Shown piece after piece: positions 1-10,301 of a stretch of 47,532 nucleotides of DNA. Every line of letters begins with the position of its first letter. The first letter of the stretch is position 1. A program made the translations under genes and the position numbers. Below the pieces are notes generated by a model. That model worked only from the letters and a program-made list of their open reading frames with translations, was not told the DNA's origin and searched no databases. The stretch comes from Hyphochytrium catenoides. Taxonomy: Eukaryota; Protista; Hyphochytriomycota. The stretch covers positions 1 to 47,532 of the forward strand of contig FLMG01000406.1 of NCBI GenBank assembly GCA_900088475.1, given 5' to 3'.

Positions 1-515
1 ACGCGAAACCCTATGAACCCGATGCAATCAATTACCATCAACATTCAACTTCAACGTCCAAGAGCCTGGCCTCAACCGCCACTCTGCAGTAAGACCAGCA
101 GCCCGGCAATACCCCGGCCAATCACCAGCTCTGCTGAAAATCCACCGCCCTCTAGTCGACACAGCCTGTGTTCGGCGCTGGGCTCTGAGCGTAACAGCTA
201 ACAGCAGACACGAAGACCCGCAGATTTATTGAATCTTCATTCCAGAGCTTCACAGCTTCACAAGCTCAATCAACCGCTTGCAGCTTCACATGGAGTCGGG
301 ACACGCGTGCTGTAGAAAGACTGGTTATCAAATAAGCATATGTAGTGATTCCACCATTAGTTATCACATGTGAATCTTGTTGTAGTTGAGGTTGGCTTGG
401 GATGACGGTGGTGGCGGGAGGAGGGAGGACGGTAACTTCGGCGGGAACGGTGGAGGATGTGATGATGCAGAGGAGTTCTACGCACGTCATCCATCAGCTC
501 ATCCATCAACATTCT

Positions 516-517
<2 letters not shown>

Positions 518-576
<59 letters not shown>

Positions 577-785
577 CTCGCTCTCGCTCTCTCTCGCTCG
601 CTCGCTCTCGCTCTCGCTCTCTCTCTTCTTATCTCCTCTCTCTCCTCTCTCTCCTCTCTCCTCCTCTCTCTCACACCGTCTCTCTCTCGCTCCTCTCTCT
701 CTCCCTCTCTCTCTCGTCCTCTCTCCTCTCTCTCTCCTCTCTCTCTCTCTTGCTCTTGTTTCTCTCTCTCTTCCCTCCTTCTTCC
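518..785. repeat. (CT)n microsatellite grading into (CTCGCT)n and degenerate CT-rich low-complexity sequence
   Basis: Directly visible. It produces the spurious (LS)n and (ER)n ORFs at 357-1025. Confidence 0.97.
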
Positions 786-1029
786 TGGTTGATGACGCCC
801 TCATCCTATCACCTCGGGTTCGTTTGTGTCAGACATCACCTGCCTGTCTCTGCTGTCCCACATTCCTCTTGGTATGGAAGAATCTTTGGAGAGATAGCGC
901 TTCAACTACTCATCCACTTCAGATCTTTCCTTTCAACTGCTCACGCTATCGCTCATTCCTCACTTGTCCAACTGCTTCATAAACAGCACGCTGTAGCTGA
1001 TTCATTAGCTCAGGAACTCTGTTGAGGAA

Positions 1030-4000
1030 GTGGCTAGGACAACGCAAGTCATGGCTCCTCAGCGTGGTGCTGCTTCAGAAGCCGCGAGGCGCATCACGTC
1101 ACAGACGCAATTGCTGCAGGAAGAAGCAGTCCGCAGCAAGCGGAGGCTTTCCATTAGCAGCAGTGGCTCTGATGATGGAGGAAGCGAAGCAGAAGTGGAT
1201 GCAGGCAGCTCAGCTAGCGACTTTGAGACGGTCTTGCGTTCACCTCCTAGGACACGAGGAGGAAGTGGAAAGGCTAAAGCGTCACCAATGACACCTGCGC
1301 GGAAAGCAAAAGGAAAGATGAAGGCAAACGCTGTCACACTAGACAAGGCCAAAGGGAAGGCAAGGCAGACTGAGAAGGCGGCAACAGGCTCGTCTTCTGG
1401 AATCTCAAGACGAAAGACTTCAAACAAAGGAAAGAAGAAGCAGGAAGCAGACTCTGAGGGAGAGAGTGATAGCGAGTTTGTGGCAGATTCCGAGTCTTCA
1501 GAGTCTGAGGAGGAGTCCGTAGCATTGGAGGCAGATGAAGAAGAAAAGCCCACCAGGAGCAATGGCAGACAGAGTAATGCTTCAAGAAGGAGTTCTGGTG
1601 GGAGAGGGCGAGGAAGAAGGCGCAAGGAGGAGACAGCGGAGCAAACAAAAGAAGACCAAGAGGTACCAGGTGCTGGCACGTTGATACCGCCGCGGTTTAT
1701 TGCTGAGTTCACAAAGGTAGGGGAACCTCTTTTCTTTCGCCTCTCTTCTTCGACCTTTCCTCTCTGTCTGTCTCTCTTCTGGGCTATTCTGTCATCCTTG
1801 CCTGCGCTTTTCCTCTCTCATCCTCTCCCGCACTGACTCTTCGTCTCCCTGTTCCTCATGATCACAGGCTTCCCGTGCATGCTGCAAACGCTGTGACACT
1901 GTTATCATGCGCGAGACTCTGCGCGTTGGCGTCGTTGTGGACCATAAAGATTACGGTCCGACAACTCACTGGTACCATGCAAAGTGCAGGCCATTGGCGG
2001 TGCCGGCTGAGGTGCTGATGACCCCTCATGGAGTTGACGGGGCTGATCAGAAGAAAGGTAAGAAACAAAGAACGGGATGATGATGATGATGATGATCAAC
2101 TCGATCGGGCAATCTAACTTAAGCCTAAGAGCTCAATCGCAGAGTCACTTGTCTTTTACTTTGTTTCTATTTTGTTGGCTTCTCGCTGCAAATTAACTTC
2201 TGTGGCATGGCAGCAGGGAAGAAGCAGAAACCCCCGAAGAAGAAGCAGAAAGGCACCGAGGAAGCAGACTCGCGGCAGACTGACCCCAATCCTGTCAAGG
2301 CCTGGTGTAAGGTGTGTTCGCAAGGGTTAGCACAGAAAATAAAAGATATGGATGGGGGAAAGGATGCAAGCGAGAGTCCGGCCAGACCATTTTGAGGGCC
2401 TCTCGCTACTCTTGCAATGGTTCATGAGATCTCGGATGTTCTAAAACTTACTTCTATGCCTCTTTGGTCAATTCTCACCATTGTAGGCCAATGTCCAGGG
2501 TTTCAGCCACCTTACGTTAGAGCAGCAAGACGAGCTATTGAAAAGCGTAAAGTCGTTAGATGAAGATGTTGACTTCAAGCCCCTGGACACAGAAAAGCTG
2601 GTTGAGAAAGAGATCAGAGAGGAACGGGAGCCCCCACCAGAACTAATTATGCCTCTCCTCCCATACCAAAGGGAAGCCTTAGCCTGGATGTGTCATCAGG
2701 TAGAGCTAAAAGCTTACCGGGCTCTAAGCTACTATGGTGGGACGTATGTATGGGCACTCACTCTCTTCTTATGCTGCAGGAACATAGTGGATTCCGCGGC
2801 GGCATTTTGGCGGATGAGATGGGCATGGGAAAGACCATTCAGGCTATTTCTCTCATCCTTGCACATCTAAAAAACCCTCCCCAGGTGCCGAGGGAGAAAG
2901 ATGCGCTCAAAGGAAAGGTGAGTGCCCAACTTATCGTGTCTGTAGTACGTCGTTCCAGCTGGAGACATATCTTGGAGCTCTGTATGACACTAAGTGCTAC
3001 GTTTACTTTTCTGGAGCTAATATTATGAGTTCCATGAGTGATTGTGCTGTTGTCCTTAGATTATATCTCGGGCTACCGTGGTTATCTGCCCGGTGGTGGC
3101 GTTGCTTCAATGGAAGTCTGAGATAGAGAAGTTCACCAAACCAAACTCTCTTAAGGTAACCTTCCAACCGTATCGTCCCTCGAAGGGTCTACCGCTCTGA
3201 TGGTGCTCAAAATTGTATATGTTAGGTTCACATCTATCACGGAGCCAAGCGCGACATCTCTCCGAAGGTTCTTGCAGACAACGATGTTGTGCTGACTACC
3301 TACTCCATCGCAGAAGTAGACTATAGGAAGATAGTAGAACCGACCAAGGTAGCTGACGTAGCGTTCTGAGTAACCTACCGTTTCTAGCCCTTATCCTCGT
3401 CGTCACCCTTACTATAGATCCTCCTTTCTCTGCCTCGCCCTCCAAAGTTCATCTTTGCCATGTGGCTCATAAACCCTAAGTGGAGCTCTTGGGTGTGACT
3501 CATTCACGTGTATTGTTAAGGTTACTTGCGAGTACTGCAGCAAGCGCTTTCTACCCGATCGCTATATTGTCCACCGAAGGTACTTCTGTGGACCTGATGC
3601 CGAGAGGACTGAGAAGCAGAAGAAGACTCAGAAAAAGGTATTGGAAACATTGGGCCTTGGGGACTACATAGAACCTGCGCTAACTCTTGGCTCGTCTAGA
3701 AGGGAACAATGGGGAAAGGTAAAGGGAAGGGCAAGGGCAAGACCTTGGAAGAGACAGAGGAAGAGGATTCAGACGAAGACCTTAAGAAGCCCACTAAAGG
3801 CAAAGGCAAAGGAAAGACAAACAAAGGCGGTACAGCTGCAGCGTCTTCAGCCGGCATGAAGAAGAAGCAGGGCCCAGGTAGGCGAGGCTGTATTAGATGT
3901 TGCTTGATCGTGGCGCTCACTCCTGTCCTACTTAGTCAAGGTTGCGAAGAAGCCAACGCTAGGGTCCAAGCTCCCGCCAGCGAAAGGTGGGGGGAGGAAA

Positions 4001-7000
4001 GCGAATGGAGGCGCGAAAGGCAAAGCCGCAAAAGGGAAAGCAGCAAAAGGGAAGGGAAAGGCGAAGGCTAAACAGGTTGACTCAGAAGAAGATGAGGAGG
4101 AGGAAGAGAGTGATGATGACCTCTTGCGCAAGCTCTTTCCGAAAGGAAAGAAGGAGCCCAACATGAACATGTCCATGCTTCACAAGGTGACTACCGAACG
4201 ATAAGACCCCATGTCCTTCTTCGCTTTTTATCTTAGCTCTCATTTCTACCTCTCCACCTCTTCCCGTTCAAGTTGTCGCGTCTCTCTCCTGTAGACGATC
4301 TCACTCCTTTTGCACGTATTTGTAGATTCATTGGAGGCGGATAGTTCTGGATGAGGCGCACTATATCAAGGAGCGCAGATGTAACACTGCCAAGTCAATC
4401 TTTGCCATGAGTTCAGACTTTAAGTGGTGCCTAACTGGAACACCTCTCCAGAATAGGGTTAGCGAGGTGAGCCTTCATGTTCTGTTAAAGCCACTAACTC
4501 TTGCATGAAGACATCCGCACACCTCTTTGCATCCCTCCTGGTACTCATCGGACCCCTATTGGACGTACCCCGTTTGTCCTTTAAGCCTTTTCTTACGATT
4601 ATCCAACTCTCACATCTCTTTCCTTGATCTATTGAGCTTCGAAACTTTTGCACTCTCCTCTTCAGATGAGTTTGTTCCCTGATCTATTGAGCTCTTGAAC
4701 CTCTTACATTCCCCTCTTCAAGATGAGTTTGCTATGCGTGATGCGTTACTAAGTTAAATAACTCTGGTTCATTTCCCTTTCTGCCGCTTATAACTTTCAT
4801 CTTCGCTCCTGCTTGCTCTGTTGCAGCTCTATTCTCTCATTAGGTTTCTCCAGATGGACCCATATGCCTATTATATGTGTCGGCACTGCAGCTGCAAGTC
4901 CATGGACTATCGTTTTGGTGAAGGATGGAAAGCGTGCGAGGAATGTGGCCACTCTCCAATCCATCACTTTTCTTTCTTCAACAGAAAGATTGTCAACCCG
5001 ATCAAGTTCTATGGCTACATGGGCGAGGGAAGGCATGCCATGATGCTGCTCAAGGAGCATGTACTGGATCAGGTAGCCCAACCGCTCCTGCTCGACGCCA
5101 ATGCGGCACTAAATACCTTTATGCCATGATCACCCTGATAGTTTGTCTTCCAGCGAGCGGTCTTGGTGCTCGTGGCGAAGCTCAGTTGTATCCACTACGT
5201 CAATCTGTTTGATGAGCTTACTTACAGAACTCTTTGACCGTCATGCTACTCCGCTACTCTGTGGAATGAGGCAGATAGTAACCCGTGTCCGTGTCGTTGT
5301 AGGTGCTATTGCGGAGGACAAAGGCCGGAAGAGCTGATGACATCATCTTGCCTCCAAAGGTTGTTAGGGTCAGAAGAGACTATTTGGACGAAAGGGAGGA
5401 GGACTTTTATCAGGCGATCTATACGCAGGTAGATGTTCACTTGGACTCATCATGGCTATCGATGCATATGCTTCGTTAGATCCTGCTTCATTGGTGTTAC
5501 TCCGGAATGTCTTGCTCCCACAAACTATCTCTGTTAGACTGCTTCGGTGTTGGGAGGCTCGGGTTTGACATCTGGTGGTCTGACTCTGTTTGTCTCTCTT
5601 ACTTGTGCAGTCCCGTGCGCAGTTTGATACCTACGTCAACTCTAATACGGTCCTGAACAACTATGCGCATATCTTCGATCTTCTAATGCGTCTCAGGCAA
5701 GCTGTGGACCATCCCTACTTAGTGATTTACTCTAACACGAAGCGAGAGGTTAGACGTTGACCCATCCTTTATGGCAATCCTCTTCCCGTTCTTGGGGACT
5801 TAACAGTAGCTGTCTTCTTCAGTCCTTTCTGAAATGGGTCTCACTATCCACGTCTCCCCCCCTTGTACTTCCTATAGGATCTGAGTTTGGAGAATGAAGC
5901 GCTTGGACTGCAGAATACTGTGACGCCCTTGATTCCTGAGGATGAGATAGATTGTGAAATCTGTGGAGAAGAGGCTGAGGATGCCATCCAGGCGGAATGT
6001 CTGCACTGGTTCTGCAGGTAGCACTGGCTGTATACCTATTCCGCCATCCTGCATCTTAAGAGTGGTCAGCGTCTGTCAGCTGACTCTACACAGCCCCGTT
6101 GCACCTATGAGTCAAACCACGTCTAAATGTGTCTACTATTGCCAATGCGCCTTGGTTGGGCAAGGCTGACTTTGTGTCCTGAATTCGGTAACTATTGTAG
6201 GTCCTGTATCACCGACTTTATCACCACTATGACGGAAGATGCCAGCTCTCTGTGCCCGCGCTGTGATCAGCCCTTGACGGTCGACCTCTCTCCTAAAGAC
6301 GCTGAGGGTAAGGACTCCAGCCCTGTCTCCAAGACTCAGAAGGCGCAAGCAGCAGCTTCAGTCGTGCATAAGTACGCTCGGCACAACTTCATGAGCAGGC
6401 TCAGCAACCCAGAGGAGTTCCGTAGCAGCACAAAAATCGAAGGTATAGTAAATGTTAAGACTCCGTTACCGAGGTCTACGCCCTATCCCCGCCTAAGCCC
6501 ATTCATCTCCATATTCTCGCCTTTGTGCATAGCTTTGGTACAGGAGCTGACAGAGATGCAGCAGCGAGATGTCGCAGCAAAGGCGATTGTCTTCTCCCAG
6601 TTTGTCAACATGTTGGATCTTATAGAGTTTAGGCTTATCAAGGTAGCAGCACTACCCGGCACTGGCCGCATAGTAGATCCTCATCATCAACCCGTCGTCC
6701 CGTTGGTCCTTATGGGGCTCCTAAATCCTCTATTCTTTATACCATGGTCTCCCTTTTGTCAGGTGATCCTTCTCCTACAGAACTCATTCTTTAATAACCG
6801 ACCTACGTCCTTTCAGGCTGGCTTCAAATGTGTGAAGCTGTCGGGTCACATGTCAGTAGACCAAAGAGACCGCGCTCTTACGTCTTTCAAAGAGGATCCG
6901 CAAGTCAAGGTCTTCCTCATCTCCCTAAAGGCTGGAGGAGTGGCACTGAATCTCACAGTGGCCAACTACATCTTCCTCATGGATCCATGGTGGAACCCTG

Positions 7001-7329
7001 CTGCAGGTGAGCCGTTAGGTTGATCTCGAGCATAAGTGTTAGGGCTTTTTTGGGCCTTCTAAAGCAAACGCTTCGCGCTTTTGACTCCGATCTGTGCGTC
7101 TCATGATTCTGTTGCTACCCGAACAGAGATGCAAGCCATTGACCGTACACACCGACTGGGCCAGTTCAAGCCGATCATAGCAACTCGGTTCATCGTCACC
7201 GACACCGTTGAAGAACGCATTCTTCGCTTACAAGAGAAGAAGCAGCTAATTTTCGAAGGGACAGTGGGCAAGAGTAATGCCGCGTTAAACAAACTGACAG
7301 AAGAGGATCTGCGCTTTCTCTTCTCCTAG
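1030..7329 (+). CDS. RAD16: Rad16-like SNF2-family DNA-dependent ATPase / RING E3 ligase (global-genome NER) with N-terminal PARP-type zinc finger; about 19 exons
   Basis: Spliced across GT-AG introns. Q-motif [12 protein letters not shown], motif [14 protein letters not shown], Ia [24 protein letters not shown], motif [23 protein letters not shown]3HC4 RING (CEIC...CLHWFCRSC...CPRC), [47 protein letters not shown]-terminal [11 protein letters not shown]. The Rad16-type Cys insert (CRHCSCK...CEECGH) is present. Start codon assumed at 1030. Confidence 0.93.
4620..4731 (+). repeat. Imperfect 2 x ~55-nt tandem duplication inside a RAD16 intron
   Basis: TTCCTTGATCTATTGAGCT...CCTCTTCAGATGAGTTTG (4620-4674) followed by TTCCCTGATCTATTGAGCT...CCTCTTCAAGATGAGTTTG (4675-4731). 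Confidence 0.9.
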
Positions 7330-7502
7330 CGCAGCCAGAAGGCACAAAAAAAGAATTGTCATGGCACAATTTCCCTTGTTAATTCTGTACAGCAGTTTAT
7401 CATAAAGCGCTTCATAAAGAAGACTCTGGATAAGGTCGTTTGTCTTCATCTAGAGCTTTGTGGTTCCTCCTCTTGTGCCTAGCCCATGTCTACATTTAGT
7501 TT

Positions 7503-8738
7503 TCACTGCGATTGCTTCTTTACGGGCACTGAGGACACGCCCCAGCCCGGCTTCGCGGCTCCTAGAGCTTGTAGCCTCTTCTCCAGCTCCTCTTCTGTCA
7601 GAGGGGGCGATTCGATGACTCTCTTGGTAGGTTTGCTGGAAGAGGGAGGTGCGGGTGGATAAGGACAGAACGGTATCCCATCCTTTGACAGAACAACCTC
7701 TTCTCTGCCGTTTCCTCTCCTAGTCTGTCCGGGATGCAAGGCCTGGCTTTCGCCAGTGCGTGATCTGCTCTCTCCACGGCCACCAGAATGTGTTCTCTTG
7801 TCTGCTTGTGAGGGGAACGAGGAAGAGTACGAGGATATGCTGCTATCGTCTCCTTGTCGAGTAGTTCCAGAACGTAGTGTCCTAGCCCTTGGAACTCCAC
7901 CTGAGACGGTGGTGCCTGGAGGACGAACGGATTGGTGTTCACCGACTCTCTTCTTCCGTCTAGGCCTGTGTGAGATGCGACTGCCTAAACTGGATAAACT
8001 ATCTAGAAGCGTCGAGTCTTCTCCAGGTTTGATCTTCCCGCTGTTGGGCCTAATGGACTCAATGTCATCGACTGCTGAACTCCCTGGAGCCGAGGATGCC
8101 GCAATCCGTTGGACTTCCTCAAGCATTTGTGTAAGATCTTTCGAGTGCCTATCTCTGCTCTTCATGAACGCATCGCTGAAGCTCGTGTGCACTTGGAACT
8201 TGGTTGTGGACATAATCTTTGCTACTTCGTTGGCTATATCTTCGTCATCCTCCTCTTCCTCATCATCATCATCCTCGTAGTAGTCCGAGTAATCATCATC
8301 AAGATCTAGGGCTTGTTGTTCAAAGTGCTTGATGGTTTCTAGGCTCATATAGCGGTTTTGACCGCTGATGAGCTTGTGCCATATCGCTCCATGCCCGCAA
8401 TCCGCGCAGAAGCCATAAAAACCTGTACCATCTCCGTCATATCTCTTGCAATAGCAAAGCTCACTCGGTTCACCATCCCTGCCATAGATACAGCGACCTC
8501 TGGAGCCAGGCTTCTTGTTATTTTCTTGCTTCTCCTGCCAGAGTAGCCACCGCGCAGGCAAAGGTGGCTTTGGCACCAGACCCTTCTGCCTCTTCTCGGT
8601 GTACTCCTGGGCGATGGCTTCGAGGGCCCTTACAGCCCTCTGCGAGCTTCTTGAGGAAAGACCTTTCCCTCCTCTGTTACGCCTAGTTGCTCGCGAAGGA
8701 GGTGCAGAGCTTTGGCAAGAGGCCGAGGAGCGCTCCAT
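7503..8738 (-). CDS. Intronless hypothetical protein (411 aa) with a Cys/His putative zinc-binding motif, an acidic tract and a disordered C-terminus
   Basis: 1236-nt ATG-initiated ORF. Motif RCIYG...CYCKRY...FCADCGHGAIWH and a poly-D/E run. Stop lies 173 nt from the RAD16 stop. Confidence 0.75.
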   Translation of the reverse strand: MERSSASCQSSAPPSRATRRNRGGKGLSSRSSQRAVRALEAIAQEYTEKRQKGLVPKPPLPARWLLWQEKQENNKKPGSRGRCIYGRDGEPSELCYCKRYDGDGTGFYGFCADCGHGAIWHKLISGQNRYMSLETIKHFEQQALDLDDDYSDYYEDDDDEEEEDDEDIANEVAKIMSTTKFQVHTSFSDAFMKSRDRHSKDLTQMLEEVQRIAASSAPGSSAVDDIESIRPNSGKIKPGEDSTLLDSLSSLGSRISHRPRRKKRVGEHQSVRPPGTTVSGGVPRARTLRSGTTRQGDDSSISSYSSSFPSQADKRTHSGGRGESRSRTGESQALHPGQTRRGNGREEVVLSKDGIPFCPYPPAPPSSSKPTKRVIESPPLTEEELEKRLQALGAAKPGWGVSSVPVKKQSQ

Positions 8739-9808
8739 CCCATGAGAAATCGATGCTACGCCTTGCGCATTGGAGGATCGGGCGCAGTCACTTAGTGAAC
8801 TTTACAGCGTCGGGACCCACGGGCGAGCTATGTGCCCATAAGAGTCAAGAAGAAAATGGTGAAGTGGCTTCCCCTTTAGGTTCAAAACAGCTCGGCCTTC
8901 TATGTGCGTGCCGAAGGGGCAAAGATTGCTGAACGAAGTTCTCACCTTGCGGTGCCTGAGAATATGAATGATGGTTGGATATTCAAGGCTCGGGCACCAC
9001 GCAAGACCGTTCACTGTCAGGGCAAGAGGATCAACTGTGGGAGAGAAGCCTTCCGGAAGTTAGCAGACTATGAAGACAAAGAAGTGGGAGGCAGCTTGAG
9101 TTGGTCAGCACCAGTAGGTGGCGGCAGCAGCTCCGAGGAGAAGAAGGACACTGCCCACAACGAAGCTCGAAAGAGTGCCTGACTTCCTTTCTATCAACAG
9201 AACAGAAGTGCAGTGGATAGTTAGTGTGCCGGCGTGCCTGCAAGCTGCGTTGTTGATGATGATGGATCTGAGTACAGACTCAGTTATCAGACAATCGATA
9301 ACCCATTAATGATCTCTAGAATCAGAGGTTTACGATTCATCCGTTACAGGGCTATTGAGGTGGGCTATAAAGCAGTGTGGTGGAGGGTTTCCTTTGATGC
9401 TGTTGATGCTTCCAAAGACACTGTCCTGCCTTGACAAATGGACGGGGCTTGTTCTGATGATGCAGCAGCAGGTGGCGTTTCTTCATCGATGAGAGTCTTG
9501 CGTCCGCCAAACTTCCATAGCCGCTAGTATGTGTCTGACTTACCCTAGGCGCAGCTTGGCTGAAGAAGAGCAAAGATCAAGCAGCGTCATTCACGATATT
9601 CCATATAGTTCCTAGGGTTCAAACAAAGAGCAGTGTCGTCGTCAAAATGAAACGGAGATGGTCCAAATAGTAGAAAGAAGTACCAGCAGGGCCAGTCAGG
9701 TAAGTGTCTACCGATTGCAGTGCAGCTTGCTTCTACTACACCGGAACAGCACAGCCCTGAGCAAGCTTCTTATTGCCCTTCACCCTGCAAAGCAAGCACA
9801 CCCTGTAA

Positions 9809-10301
9809 TAAGGGAAGTGCTTGGGGTTAAGGTGGAAAGATCATTAAGAGAGGTCATCATGGAGAAGTATAGTTCCAGGGCGTGCCCCTCAACCCTGGAA
9901 GTGTTCAATTTTTGAGCCTATTTGTCCATCCATCCGGTAGCATCTTTGGTCTCACCTACTATAAGGAGCCGGACGGGGTCGAAGACACGACCCCCCAGCG
10001 ACTGCCTCAGTTCGAGCCAGCTGCCAGACCAGCCGGGCTCAACGCGATTCGCTGGTTGGCGCCCCAGACCCAGGCAAAAAGGGAGTGGTAGCTCCGGACT
10101 GGAGGCTGCTTCAGGTGCAAAGAGTCTGGACACCCTAGCCGCGACTGTCCCCGTTTCTCTAACAACGCAAGATAGGATCGATAAACCCGCCAAATGGGCA
10201 CTTCCTCCAGGGTTGAGTGGGCCACTCCCTCGAACTATACTTATCCATGATGACATGGAATAAAAACAACCTTTCCAGCTTGACCGCAAGCACTTCCCTT
10301 A
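9809..10301. repeat. Diverged inverted repeat: arms about 9809-9899 and 10206-10301, spacer about 306 nt
   Basis: Reverse complement of the left arm matches the right arm in three blocks: 12/12 (TCCAGGGTTGAG), 26/28 (CCCTsGAACTATACTTmTCCATGATGAC) and 28/31 (CTTTCCAsCTTrACCsCAAGCACTTCCCTTA). Confidence 0.85.

Noticed and set aside
357-1025. ORFs of 101-207 aa with (LS)n or (ER)n runs
   Set aside because: Translations of the CT microsatellite. No coding signal.
1059-1712. 217-aa minus-strand ORF (likewise 7756-8280, 12955-13464, 36021-36800, 44502-45020)
   Set aside because: Antisense shadows of better-supported genes, with no motifs of their own.
2076-2097. TGATGA words suggesting a box C/D snoRNA in a RAD16 intron
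   Set aside because: Part of a (GAT)n microsatellite, with no terminal stem or matching D box.
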